Origin: a virus
Reading direction: 5' to 3' (one strand)
DNA length: 64,000 bases
Virus record (IMG/VR): IMGVR_UViG_3300027810_000002
Coordinates: 111,163-175,162 of that record
Program-made: the position numbers and the translations under genes
Part shown: piece after piece, positions 18,044 through 28,700 of the stretch
Numbering within the stretch: the stretch's first letter is position 1
How the letters are laid out: the number at the start of each line of letters is the position of its first letter
Notes under the pieces: generated by a model
The model's input: the letters and a program-made list of their open reading frames with translations, nothing else
Told to the model about the DNA's origin: nothing
Databases searched by the model: none

Positions 18044-19573
18044 ATGAATTTTATAGAAGAAATAATCGAGAGTGGAGATACTTCTAAGCTGATGTTTAGA
18101 TTTCCACCTGAACCAAACGGACACTTACATTTAGGACATGCCAAAGCGATTTGTCTTAATTTTGATCTAGCACATAAATATAAAACCGGATGTAATCTTA
18201 GATTTGATGATACAAATCCTATTGCAGAAAATTCTATATTTGTAGATTCTATAATAGAAGATATTGCTTGGTTAGGTTATCGACCTACTGAAGTCGAAGA
18301 AACTAGTAACTATTTCAAACTTATACAAAGATGTGCTACTCAATTAATTATAGAGGGTAATGCGTATATGGATGATTCAACCTCTGAAGAGATAGCTGAA
18401 TTAAAAGGAGATCTTGAAAATCCAGGAACTGATTCACCATATCGGAGCAGAACTATCGCAGATAATCTTGAAGAGTTTAGGAAACTATGTGAAGGCAGTG
18501 TTAAAACGGTTCTTAGAGCTAAAATAGATATGGCAGATCCTAATTTATTAATGAGAGATCCTGTTATCTATAGATCTATTGATGCTCCTCATCATAACAC
18601 AGGTACTGAATTTAAAGCGTATCCTATGTATGATTTTGCACATCCAATTTCAGATTGGAAAGAAGATATCACACATTCACTATGTACTTTAGAATTTGAA
18701 GCACATCGACCTTTTTATAATTGGACTCTTGATAAATTATTTGATACTAGTGTTTTTGGTCCTAATCCTCGTCAAATTGAGTTTTCAAGATTAAACGTCG
18801 AAGGAATGATATTGAGTAAGCGGTATCTGAAGAAAATGGTAGAAGATGGAATAGTTGATGGATGGGACGATCCTAGAATGCCAACATTGAAAGGATTGAA
18901 GCGTCGTGGATTTACTCCAGATTCTATTAGAAACTTTTGTGAAAAGGTTGGGATCTCTAAGAGAGAGTCTCAAATTGAGCGATCTTTATTAGATGGATGT
19001 TTACGTGATGATTTAAATAAGATCGCAGAACGTCGCATGGTAGTTAAAGATCCAATTAAACTAACAATTGTTGGTGATTTTAAACCAGGGTTTGCTGCTC
19101 TTGAAAATAATCCAGAATCATCTGTAATATCAGCTCGTCGAGTAAATTACACTGATCAGTTTTGGATTGAGAGAGAAGACTTTAGACCTACTGCAAATAG
19201 GAAGTATAAGAGACTTAAGCTAGGTACTAATGTTCGCTTAAAAGGTGTCTGTATAGTCAAGGCGATCGATTATACTGAAATTGATGGAGTTATCACTGAA
19301 GTATTTTGTGAACATTATCCAGATAGTTTTTCAGGTATGGAAACAGAAATTAAAGCTAAAGGGGTTATTCACTGGGTAGATAGACAGTCATGTATTTCAT
19401 TAAATTTAAATCATTTTGATGATATGAATAAATCTACAAATGTATCATTCGGTGAACCTTTATTGAGACTAGAATACGAAAAACCAGTACAATTTATTCG
19501 ACATGGTTACTATATGAAAGATGGAGACAGCTGGAACCATTCAGTTTCTTTAAAAAGTAGTTATAAGGGGTGA
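18044..19573 (+). CDS. glnS: Glutaminyl-tRNA synthetase
   Basis: RFPPEPNGHLHLGHAK, LRFDDTNP, YPMYDFAH, HSLCTLEF, ILSKR, GWDDPRMPTL, KGVIHWV. Confidence 0.93.
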   Translation: MNFIEEIIESGDTSKLMFRFPPEPNGHLHLGHAKAICLNFDLAHKYKTGCNLRFDDTNPIAENSIFVDSIIEDIAWLGYRPTEVEETSNYFKLIQRCATQLIIEGNAYMDDSTSEEIAELKGDLENPGTDSPYRSRTIADNLEEFRKLCEGSVKTVLRAKIDMADPNLLMRDPVIYRSIDAPHHNTGTEFKAYPMYDFAHPISDWKEDITHSLCTLEFEAHRPFYNWTLDKLFDTSVFGPNPRQIEFSRLNVEGMILSKRYLKKMVEDGIVDGWDDPRMPTLKGLKRRGFTPDSIRNFCEKVGISKRESQIERSLLDGCLRDDLNKIAERRMVVKDPIKLTIVGDFKPGFAALENNPESSVISARRVNYTDQFWIEREDFRPTANRKYKRLKLGTNVRLKGVCIVKAIDYTEIDGVITEVFCEHYPDSFSGMETEIKAKGVIHWVDRQSCISLNLNHFDDMNKSTNVSFGEPLLRLEYEKPVQFIRHGYYMKDGDSWNHSVSLKSSYKG

Positions 19574-19607
19574 TTCTGTAGATATATAAAGAAAACAGAT
19601 CAAAACC

Positions 19608-19691
19608 ATGATGATATTTTGCATTGTATTCCTAGCAGTTAGTTTTGTAATTGGCGTTCATATGCTAACAGAACATAGAAACCGCAAGTAA
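19608..19691 (+). CDS. Single-TM microprotein MMIFCIVFLAVSFVIGVHMLTEHRNRK
   Basis: Short hydrophobic ORF preceded by GATATATA motif. Confidence 0.45.
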   Translation: MMIFCIVFLAVSFVIGVHMLTEHRNRK

Positions 19692-19692
19692 T

Positions 19693-19772
19693 TGTTAATA
19701 ACTTTTTTAAAATAAGTGAGCTAGTATTTTTCTAGTTCACTTTTTTTGCTTATATTTATACTATAATTAAAA
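19693..19772 (+). promoter_or_regulatory. Early promoter cassette with DnaA-box-like 9-mer
   Basis: TGTTAATAA at 19693-19701; TTATATTTATACTATA. Confidence 0.6.
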
Positions 19773-19782
19773 GATAATCAAT

Positions 19783-20214
19783 ATGGCAATACCTAAAATT
19801 TACAAGTACGGAATCGAAATCACAAAGCCTTGGTCTTCCGAGATGTATGATTTTAATCAAAACATCAAAGAATATTACCAAGATCAAATCAATGATCTGA
19901 TAAACTCTCTCAAAGAAACGGAAGCTTGTAATTTTATCGCTGGGATAGTAAATCCATATAAATATGGAATGGGAACTTCTGATGATATTGAGTATATGAA
20001 ATCAGATATGCTTAAGAACATCGAGAACGCCGAAAGCCATTGGATGAAAGAGGTTATTGAAGAACTTTTGATCTTACAAAGAATTTACCCTATGATTTGC
20101 GAAGCTACTCCAGAAATGCCAGCAATTTCTCTATATGATTTAGGAATTCCAATGAATATTATTGGATTTGAAACACGCGATGAGATCTTACTTTTGCGCG
20201 AAAGATATTCTTAA
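19783..20214 (+). CDS. Early hypothetical protein
   Basis: 143 aa. Confidence 0.7.
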   Translation: MAIPKIYKYGIEITKPWSSEMYDFNQNIKEYYQDQINDLINSLKETEACNFIAGIVNPYKYGMGTSDDIEYMKSDMLKNIENAESHWMKEVIEELLILQRIYPMICEATPEMPAISLYDLGIPMNIIGFETRDEILLLRERYS

Positions 20215-20228
20215 AAGCATTAATCCTT

Positions 20229-20325
20229 ATTTATAATCATTATAAATAGGACTTTTTGTGAAAATAAATGTACAAAAGTTTTCATATATCAATAAAAAGT
20301 GTTATATTTAATTATAATTAAAAAA
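20229..20325 (+). promoter_or_regulatory. Early promoter cassette with Fur-like palindrome
   Basis: ATTTATAATCATTATAAAT at 20229-20247; TTATATTTAATTATA. Confidence 0.75.
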
Positions 20326-20333
20326 CAAACAAT

Positions 20334-20714
20334 ATGTCAATAAACAAAGTCTTAATTCACACACAGTACGAAGAAAATTACGGATTCCATGAAGGTAACT
20401 TTCATTGGAAGAAGAAAGGCGGTCATACATTTCAGATCGAGATGGATGCAGATCTTATGTTTTACTCTAATCCTGCTGAAGTTTTTAGTAAGATGCTAGA
20501 GAAGCACAACTCAGATCTTGAAAGATTTACATACGTTGATCATGATATTCAGTTTCATTCACCTACTGTTCTTGGTAATCAAGACGAGTATATTGAGGCT
20601 AATCAATCAATAATAGATCACGAAGATATTCAAGATTTTGAAGAAGTTAATCACGTTATCGCTGGCGTTGATTTCTCAGAAAGTATTAACCAATTAAATA
20701 ACCTTAAAATATAA
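20334..20714 (+). CDS. Early hypothetical protein
   Basis: 126 aa, TQYEENYG...HWKKKGG motif. Confidence 0.7.
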   Translation: MSINKVLIHTQYEENYGFHEGNFHWKKKGGHTFQIEMDADLMFYSNPAEVFSKMLEKHNSDLERFTYVDHDIQFHSPTVLGNQDEYIEANQSIIDHEDIQDFEEVNHVIAGVDFSESINQLNNLKI

Positions 20715-20718
20715 ACCC

Positions 20719-20829
20719 ATGAAAACTCCTAAACAATTAAGAGACAGTTATCGAATGGTCGGATTCAGTATAGTCGGACTTGCAATCATTTTAATATCAT
20801 TAATAATCGCTGAAAATATATGTCTGTAG
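20719..20829 (+). CDS. Single-TM microprotein MKTPKQLRDSYRMVGFSIVGLAIILISLIIAENICL
   Basis: Fills gap and overlaps the next start. Confidence 0.5.
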   Translation: MKTPKQLRDSYRMVGFSIVGLAIILISLIIAENICL

Positions 20830-21044
20830 AAACTTTATATGCAATACCAAGTGTTAATTGTTTTATTAACGATGATTTGATTGTCTATCCAATGAACGAT
20901 CGTAATGAACCAGACTTAAGTCAATGGAATGAATTAGAAAACTTAACATCTGAATTCGTTAATAAATTAAACACAGAAGACGATTCCCTTATCTCGGAAC
21001 TAATATACTGGAAAGTTAGATTTTCAGAAAACATAAACAATTAA
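20820..21044 (+). CDS. Hypothetical protein
   Basis: 74 aa, acidic. Confidence 0.6.
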   Translation: MSVETLYAIPSVNCFINDDLIVYPMNDRNEPDLSQWNELENLTSEFVNKLNTEDDSLISELIYWKVRFSENINN

Positions 21045-21055
21045 AAAATAAAAAA

Positions 21056-21277
21056 ATGAAAATACCTAATTTTGAAACAGCATTATCAGAAACAGCAACA
21101 CTTACAGAAATCGCTGGTTATATTTTTGACAACTATAATAATGACCCACAATTTATTGCAGCACTTCGTGATGATAGCCAACCCTGGCCCGATGGAGTAC
21201 AAGAAGTTCTAGATGCTCATGATGTTCTAGTAGAAGAATTAATTGATTCTTTAGAAGTATACATTCAAACCTGTTAA
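21056..21277 (+). CDS. Hypothetical acidic protein
   Basis: 73 aa. Confidence 0.6.
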   Translation: MKIPNFETALSETATLTEIAGYIFDNYNNDPQFIAALRDDSQPWPDGVQEVLDAHDVLVEELIDSLEVYIQTC

Positions 21278-21278
21278 T

Positions 21279-21713
21279 CTACTCACAAATTAATTTCACT
21301 CTATTCTCCGCGTCAATTTCCCACAATCTGGATTTATATGGCGTGGAGAAGGGGTATTTGGTACCTTTCCAAATAAAATATCCACCCTCTGTCTCCAAAT
21401 CTCCACTATATATTTGATAAACATGTACCAATTCATGCATTAGTGTTTTTTCTAATTGGTTGTCATCCCACATTGGATTTAGATCAACTATAAACCAACC
21501 ACTCGAAAGCTCTCGGGTGATTCCTACAATCCTAGGATAAAGAGGTGCGTATTTTATTATAACTATAGGTTGTGCAAAGAGAGGGCCCTTAAACATCTCA
21601 CTGCAAATCTGCGAAGTGGCGGTTGTAATGTGTTTTTCTAGTCCTGTATCTGGTTTTAAAATTTGTCCGCTAACTTGTAATGAAAAAAGAATTGCGATAA
21701 TAAATCTCCACAT
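21279..21713 (-). CDS. Secreted HExxH metallopeptidase-like protein
   Basis: Signal peptide; TLMHELVHVYQ ... WEIDA. Confidence 0.7.
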   Translation of the reverse strand: MWRFIIAILFSLQVSGQILKPDTGLEKHITTATSQICSEMFKGPLFAQPIVIIKYAPLYPRIVGITRELSSGWFIVDLNPMWDDNQLEKTLMHELVHVYQIYSGDLETEGGYFIWKGTKYPFSTPYKSRLWEIDAENRVKLICE

Positions 21714-21715
21714 GT

Positions 21716-22171
21716 TTACTTGTATATTTTTAATTTCTTTATTGAATATAAGATACTGTGTGTTACGAAAAAGAAAACGGCAACCGTCTCAAACCAAAAC
21801 AACGTAATTGCTGGTATTAGAAAGGCAGCACTGACGATTGGAATCGCTAAATAATTAAAACGCTTGTCCTTAAATATGGTATATGTAGTGTATATGAAAA
21901 ATCCAGCAGCAAATATATTGTGAGTCCATTCGTAATCAAATGTATTAAATAAAGCAACACCAATTAAGAGTAACCCAGAGATGATATTATCACTTATAAG
22001 GTAACTTATACCTAATAATAATAAACTAATCAATAAAATATAAGTGGCCTCTGTTCCATGGTATACGCTGTATGAATACTTTACAGCTCCAGTTTTAAGA
22101 TATAAAGCAAGAGGTAAGAATAACGCAGCAGCGGAACAAGTTAAGTTGATAAATATACCCAGTCTTTTCAA
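21716..22171 (-). CDS. Multi-pass membrane protein
   Basis: ~5 TM segments; YSYSVY and THNIFA. Confidence 0.65.
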   Translation of the reverse strand: MKRLGIFINLTCSAAALFLPLALYLKTGAVKYSYSVYHGTEATYILLISLLLLGISYLISDNIISGLLLIGVALFNTFDYEWTHNIFAAGFFIYTTYTIFKDKRFNYLAIPIVSAAFLIPAITLFWFETVAVFFFVTHSILYSIKKLKIYK

Positions 22172-22202
22172 TTTTGATAATGTCTTTAGATATCTATCAA
22201 AA

Positions 22203-23036
22203 TTATATGTCTAGTTTTTCAGAATTACTTAATAATTTTTTAATCTCTTGATAATTTTTATCAAAAGTGTCTGTGTTTGTGTAGTGACCTCCTTTATTAT
22301 TGTCTATATTATATTGACTATTTCTTTTGCCATACATAGAGTGTCTCTCTGTCACGTATTCACTCCCAATAAACTTGTAGTGTAATAGTTTTAATGGTTC
22401 TTTTTTAAAGATATGTAGTAAATCATGCATGATATTCCATTTTCCCCATCGATGTCCTTTGTATTCTCCTTCGGGTCTTACACTCTCAGGAACGACATGA
22501 TAGATATCACCATTATATTTATTGCTCAAATATACTTCATGCTGACCTCCTGCCCATTCAAATTCTTCTAATAGGTTTGGATTAATTAATATCGGTTTAG
22601 AATACCAAGGGTTAGGTACTCCTGTTTTGATTGAATCATATATTTGTAGATCTTTATTTGGAAACTCATGACTAACCATATCAAACCCTGCTGGATAGAA
22701 TACTGCCGTTTTTCCTAAATGATCTTCTAAAAACTGTGTAAGATTTGGATGGTAAATAAATTCATCACAATCGCCGATGATTGCATAATCGCATTTACCA
22801 ACACAGTGTGCGATTGCACCGTGTTTAAGGCTCATGTGTTCCCCGTCATCAAAGGTTCCACCTGTGTTGAACGATATAATTTCAGTATTAGGATATGAGT
22901 TTATTATCTCCCTAGATCGGTCATCTGACTCGTTATCGAAGAATATCATCTTGTCGCAGAATTGAGAATAATGCCTTAAATAAAATTCTAGCATTTTCTC
23001 TTCATTCCATACTGTCGCGTAGCTCCAGATTTTCAT
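22203..23036 (-). CDS. GT2-family glycosyltransferase
   Basis: VWNEE, FDNESDD, GDCDEF (DxD), LLHYK. Confidence 0.85.
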   Translation of the reverse strand: MKIWSYATVWNEEKMLEFYLRHYSQFCDKMIFFDNESDDRSREIINSYPNTEIISFNTGGTFDDGEHMSLKHGAIAHCVGKCDYAIIGDCDEFIYHPNLTQFLEDHLGKTAVFYPAGFDMVSHEFPNKDLQIYDSIKTGVPNPWYSKPILINPNLLEEFEWAGGQHEVYLSNKYNGDIYHVVPESVRPEGEYKGHRWGKWNIMHDLLHIFKKEPLKLLHYKFIGSEYVTERHSMYGKRNSQYNIDNNKGGHYTNTDTFDKNYQEIKKLLSNSEKLDI

Positions 23037-23212
23037 AAGTTACGTTTTTCTTAATAAGACTTCTATCATCTCATTGTTAGATCCATATATCGCAAGGTCT
23101 CTCATTCCTAAGGTTTCACCTTTTTTAATCCTATTCACGATATCTTTAATAACTGCATATGAAACTTCACCAGTGTCGACATACTTCTGCCAAGCTTTAT
23201 CAGACATCATGA

Positions 23213-24652
23213 TTATTTCATTTTAAATCCTAACTTACCATTACCTGGATTAGGCGTAGATACGTTAGGTGCTTCGAAAGTTAATTTAGCATTGTCATCT
23301 CCAAATCCTTTTAGATAAAATAATACTTCTTCCGTTTTTAAAGAAACATCCATATATAATTGCTTTACTTCTAGTTTTGAAACTATCTTTCTTAAGGTAT
23401 CTATGTATAAGTCTACGTCTCCTAATTTACCATTAAGTTTATCTATTAATTGAAGCGATAGTGGATATGATAAAAGACCTACGTATCTGTTTGCTTTTTC
23501 TAGTTTATCCCAGTCTACCTTCGCAAAAGATTTAACTCCTCTTCCTGCAACATCAACCAGTGGCTTTACATATTGATTAAAGAATTCTTCTTTTCCTATT
23601 GTATTTAATTTGTCTTGTATGAATGCTTCTAAAGCTTTGTGTTCTAATTCTACGTTGCCAACTAATTCTTTTAATTTAATTGCTGATGGAATTTGCATGA
23701 ATTCTGCTCCTTTGATATATCCGTTGATTACACTATTAGATTCTACTATTTTAAATAGATCATATAGTTTAACTTCTGAATCTTCTGTAAAGTTTTCTGC
23801 TTTAAGATCTTTAATAATATTAGATAGTGTAGGTGCAGCTCCAGCTTTATATTTTGAAGAGATACCATATCCGTCGATATGGAAATCAACTAAAGGATTA
23901 TTACCGGAAGGAAAAGATATCCCATCCGTTGTGTTTACTATGTTTAGCATTAATGCGGCTCCTAGTATTTCTCCAAAGTCTTTTCCAATTGTATTTAAAT
24001 CAGTTGCTCCTAAGGCATCAATAGCTTCTTTAATCTCTGCGTTGTATTTGATATTCTCAGTAAAAGGCCCTAATTCAGTTAATTCTATATTAGTATAAGA
24101 AGGAGTGTGATTAGCCACTAACATATATAATTCTGTCAAGAAAGAATTCATAAATGGATTCGATTTACTATATTTCTTTTTAATAACTCCAGATACAGCA
24201 GCATTTAATTTATTTAATTGCATTTGAGTATCTTCCGGTAACTTTAAAGAAGATGGTGTAAGTTCTTTAGATTTTATAGATCCTTTAGGAGGATTGTTAT
24301 CAACCAATTTTACAGTATCTCCAGTGCTTATTTTTAATGAAGATAATTTAGAATCTTTATTAAATGTAACTACGAATGTGGTGAATTTACCAGAATTAGC
24401 TCCATTAGCATAATCTCCAGCAGCAGCTGCTTCGATTGATACATCTTGTTTTAATTTTTTAAAAGCGTTAGATATCTTTTTAATAGATTGCTTGTCTTCT
24501 CCACCAAGGTCAAATCTAAGATCCTTACCTCCGTTTTTGCTATTAATTCTACCGTCTCCTAATATTTTTTGTATAGAAGGGAATATTATTCCTTCGATAG
24601 TGGTAGCACGTTCATTCAGTGCCATTTCAAATAATGCTCTAATATCTCCCAT
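23213..24652 (-). CDS. Hypothetical protein, possible PD-(D/E)xK nuclease fold
   Basis: KDFGEILGA...NPLVDF...ISSK. Confidence 0.5.
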   Translation of the reverse strand: MGDIRALFEMALNERATTIEGIIFPSIQKILGDGRINSKNGGKDLRFDLGGEDKQSIKKISNAFKKLKQDVSIEAAAAGDYANGANSGKFTTFVVTFNKDSKLSSLKISTGDTVKLVDNNPPKGSIKSKELTPSSLKLPEDTQMQLNKLNAAVSGVIKKKYSKSNPFMNSFLTELYMLVANHTPSYTNIELTELGPFTENIKYNAEIKEAIDALGATDLNTIGKDFGEILGAALMLNIVNTTDGISFPSGNNPLVDFHIDGYGISSKYKAGAAPTLSNIIKDLKAENFTEDSEVKLYDLFKIVESNSVINGYIKGAEFMQIPSAIKLKELVGNVELEHKALEAFIQDKLNTIGKEEFFNQYVKPLVDVAGRGVKSFAKVDWDKLEKANRYVGLLSYPLSLQLIDKLNGKLGDVDLYIDTLRKIVSKLEVKQLYMDVSLKTEEVLFYLKGFGDDNAKLTFEAPNVSTPNPGNGKLGFKMK

Positions 24653-24656
24653 AATT

Positions 24657-25214
24657 TTATTTCTTTGCTAGGTGTGTTTTAATCTTAACGTCTTTAAGTT
24701 CTCTATCTAATTCTTTAATTAGTTTTATGTTATGTTTATCATCATCGAAAAAAGTAATGTCAATATAACCCTGTTCTACAAAGTATCTCATTGCGTCTTT
24801 CTTTCTCTCTTGTATAGTTCCTGTTAATCCATGAATTGGATCGTTAACTGCCCAGATGAATTCTCTTTTAATATGAAATCCAACATGATAACGTAACCAT
24901 TCATATATCATATTCTGGTCGTCTCGTGCTGTAATAACTCCGATTGCTATTCCTTTTTTATAATTCTTTTTCAGAACATTAAAGTATTTATCAATCATCT
25001 TACCTGCCTTCATAATCTCTAAAGATTTGAATTGTTCAAAATCTAGTACATGGTTAGGGCTCTTTTCGTAATCGTTAAATTCCTCAGGAGTCAATTCATA
25101 TCGCTCTCCTTTCTTTTTATCATATACTATAATCTTAGCGGCTGAAACCACAATAGTATCATCTAGATCGAAGATCAAGATTTTATCAGTTGTCATTTTT
25201 TCGTTAATCATCAT
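24657..25214 (-). CDS. HAD-superfamily phosphatase
   Basis: FDLDDT, ITAR, KK, FFDDD motifs. Confidence 0.8.
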   Translation of the reverse strand: MMINEKMTTDKILIFDLDDTIVVSAAKIIVYDKKKGERYELTPEEFNDYEKSPNHVLDFEQFKSLEIMKAGKMIDKYFNVLKKNYKKGIAIGVITARDDQNMIYEWLRYHVGFHIKREFIWAVNDPIHGLTGTIQERKKDAMRYFVEQGYIDITFFDDDKHNIKLIKELDRELKDVKIKTHLAKK

Positions 25215-25241
25215 GTATTATATAACTTTGTTTTAAAAAGT

Positions 25242-25730
25242 TTATGTTGGGCTTATTACATCTCCTTTATTTCCTTTATTACCGCCAGATGGACCACAAA
25301 GACCAGTTACTGTCGGGAATATTGATGGATCACTTACAACAGCTGTTCCCATGATCTCATAACATGTAAGGTCGTTACTTACAGCTACAATCTGGTTAAC
25401 AGCAAAGCTAGAATTTAATTGAGCATACGTGCTAAATCCATCACTAGTTCTTTCAATTGTAAACGCGTTATCAGTGACTGGTCCTCCACCTGAACTAGAA
25501 CACGGTCCTTGTATTGCTGCAGTCATATTATTATTGCTAAAGGTCCATGCATAATTATCAACACATAACTGAAAAGAGTTTTGATTAGCTCCTAGTGTTA
25601 ATGTCGATGGTTTTGAGCCACCACATATAGTGTAAGTTACTGTTCCTCCGAAGAAACCTCCGTTAAATACAACACTTATACACGGGCTGATTGTTAGTTG
25701 CTCCTGTAAATGACCAAATACTGTTATCAT
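25242..25730 (-). CDS. Cys/Gly-rich probable fibre-associated protein
   Basis: 162 aa, immediately downstream of collagen fibre gene. Confidence 0.55.
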   Translation of the reverse strand: MITVFGHLQEQLTISPCISVVFNGGFFGGTVTYTICGGSKPSTLTLGANQNSFQLCVDNYAWTFSNNNMTAAIQGPCSSSGGGPVTDNAFTIERTSDGFSTYAQLNSSFAVNQIVAVSNDLTCYEIMGTAVVSDPSIFPTVTGLCGPSGGNKGNKGDVISPT

Positions 25731-25772
25731 AATATGCTTATTAATTTTATATTTATAATACGTTTTATCTAT

Positions 25773-28700
25773 TTACATTAAAAAACATGAACTGTGTGTT
25801 AGTGTAAGAGTTACTGTATATCCAATTCCTCCACCTGCTGATCCAGATTTAACTCTAATGCTATAGTGATTATCTTTAACTATTGCAGGAGAGGCCGATA
25901 CAATAGATGAAACCATCTTCTGGTTACTAGGGTGTGTATACTCGGTTACTACCACTACTGAATTTGCACTATCGTGTCTAATTAATTCAAAGATACATCC
26001 TTCACCATTAGCAGTTTGACCATAAGATGCACTAATACCCGTTATATAGTAACCATTAGTGAAAGTTATTGGAATCTGAACAAATGAATTAGATATGTTT
26101 GTTGTTGTGTTTTGCGTACTATATGCTGTTGAATTTATTCCAATGTATTCAGTACATGTAAATCCTGTATTTTCAGGTCCTTGTGTTCCTTGGAAACCTT
26201 TATCTCCTTTTAGACCTGTATCTCCTTGATCACCTATTCCTCCACCTGTTCCCGAGTCTCCTTTAGTTCCTTTTAATCCTTGGAATCCTTGGTCTCCAGC
26301 TCCTCCAGCAGAACCTTTCTCTCCTTGGAATCCTTGGTCTCCTTTAGTTCCTTTTAATCCTTGGAATCCTTGGTCTCCTTTAGTTCCTTTTAATCCTTGG
26401 AATCCTTGGTCTCCTTTAGTTCCTTTTAATCCTTGGAATCCTTTAGCTCCTTGGAATCCTTTAGCTCCCTGGAATCCTTGATCTCCAGCTCCTCCAGCAG
26501 AACCTTTCTCTCCTTGGAATCCTTGATCTCCAGCTCCTCCAGCAGAACCTTTCTCTCCTTGGAATCCTTTATCTCCTTGGAATCCAGATCCTCCAGAAGA
26601 TCCTTGGAAACCTTTATCTCCTTTTAGACCTTTATCTCCTTGGAATCCTTTATCTCCTTGGAATCCAGATCCTCCAGAAGATCCTTGGAAACCTTTATCT
26701 CCTTTTAATCCTTTCTCTCCTTGGAATCCTTGATCTCCAGCTCCTCCAGTAGATCCTTGGAAACCTTTATCTCCTTTTAGACCTTTATCTCCTTGGAATC
26801 CTTTATCTCCTTGGAATCCAGCTCCTCCGGTAGATCCTTGGAAACCTTTATCTCCTTTTAGACCTTTATCTCCTTGGAATCCTTGATCTCCAGCTCCTCC
26901 AGCAGAACCTTTCTCTCCTTGGAATCCTTGATCTCCAGCTCCTCCAGCAGAACCTTGGAAACCTTTATCTCCTTTTAGACCTTTATCTCCTTGGAATCCT
27001 TTATCTCCTTGGAATCCAGATCCTCCAGAAGATCCTTGGAAACCTTTATCTCCTTTTAGACCTTTATCTCCTTGGAATCCAGCTCCTCCAGTAGAACCTT
27101 GGAAACCTTTATCTCCTTTTAATCCTGTATCTCCTTGGAATCCTTGGTCTCCAGCTCCTCCAGTAGAACCTTTCTCTCCTTGGAATCCTTTATCTCCTTT
27201 TAATCCTGTATCTCCTTGGAATCCAGCTCCTCCAGTAGAACCTTGGAAACCTTTATCTCCTTTTAATCCTGTATCTCCTTGGAATCCTTGGTCTCCAGCT
27301 CCTCCAGTAGAACCTTTCTCTCCTTGGAATCCTTTATCTCCTTTTAATCCTGTATCTCCTTGGAATCCAGCTCCTCCAGTAGAACCTTGGAAACCTTTAT
27401 CTCCTTTTAATCCTGTATCTCCTTGGAATCCTTGGTCTCCAGCTCCTCCAGTAGAACCTTTCTCTCCTTGGAATCCTTTATCTCCTTTTAATCCTGTATC
27501 TCCTTGGAATCCAGCTCCTCCAGTAGAACCTTGGAAACCTTTATCTCCTTTTAGACCTTTATCTCCTTGGAATCCTTGGTCTCCAGCTCCTCCAGCAGAA
27601 CCTTTCTCTCCTTGGAATCCTTGATCTCCAGCTCCTCCAGTAGAACCTTGGAAACCTTTATCTCCTTTTAGACCTTTATCTCCTTGGAATCCTTTATCTC
27701 CTTGGAATCCTTTATCTCCTTGGAATCCAGATCCTCCAGAAGATCCTTGGAAACCTTTATCTCCTTTTAATCCTGTATCTCCTTGGAATCCTTGATCTCC
27801 AGCTCCTCCCGTAGAACCTATAGTTCCTTGGAATCCTGTATCTCCTTGGAATCCTTGATCTCCAGCTCCTCCAGTAGAACCTTTCTCTCCTTGGAATCCA
27901 GCTCCTCCAGTAGAACCTTGGAAACCTTTATCTCCTTTTAGACCTTTATCTCCTTGGAAACCCTGGTCTCCAGCTCCTCCAGCAGAACCTTTCTCTCCTT
28001 GGAATCCTTTATCTCCTTTTAATCCTGTATCTCCTTGGAATCCTTGGTCTCCAGCTCCTCCAGTAGAACCTTTCTCTCCTTGGAATCCAGCTCCTCCAGT
28101 AGAACCTTGGAAACCTTTATCTCCTTTTAGACCTTTATCTCCTTGGAATCCAGATCCTCCAGAAGATCCTTGGAAACCTGTATCTCCTTTTAGACCTTTA
28201 TCTCCTTGGAATCCCTGATCTCCAGCTCCTCCCGTAGAACCTGTAGCTCCTTGGAATCCTGTATCTCCTTGGAATCCCTGGGCTCCTCCTCCTCCAGTAG
28301 AACCATCTGATCCTTGGAATCCTTGAGTTCCATCTGATCCTGTAATACTTGCACCATATACTTCGATTTCAATACCTAATTTAGAACTATTAGTTATAAT
28401 TCCATATGTCGTAGAATTTCCATTAGGTACACATGTGAATCCTGAAGTACCGTGTAATTGGAATGTCTTGTCAATTGGAATTCTTACAAAGTTTGTAAAG
28501 TCATCACAATCAATAAGAGTTATCATACCAATTAATTGATTAACACTTGATGCGGATTTAACTGCGTTCAATGCTTGTGATACTGCTAATAATTGTTGCG
28601 ATATTGCGCTATCTTGTTTACAGTTATCATAACCGTCTAAAGATACTGCCATGTCATGTATTGCATAACTTGAAGTTAACGCTCCAGTTGGGTTTAATGT

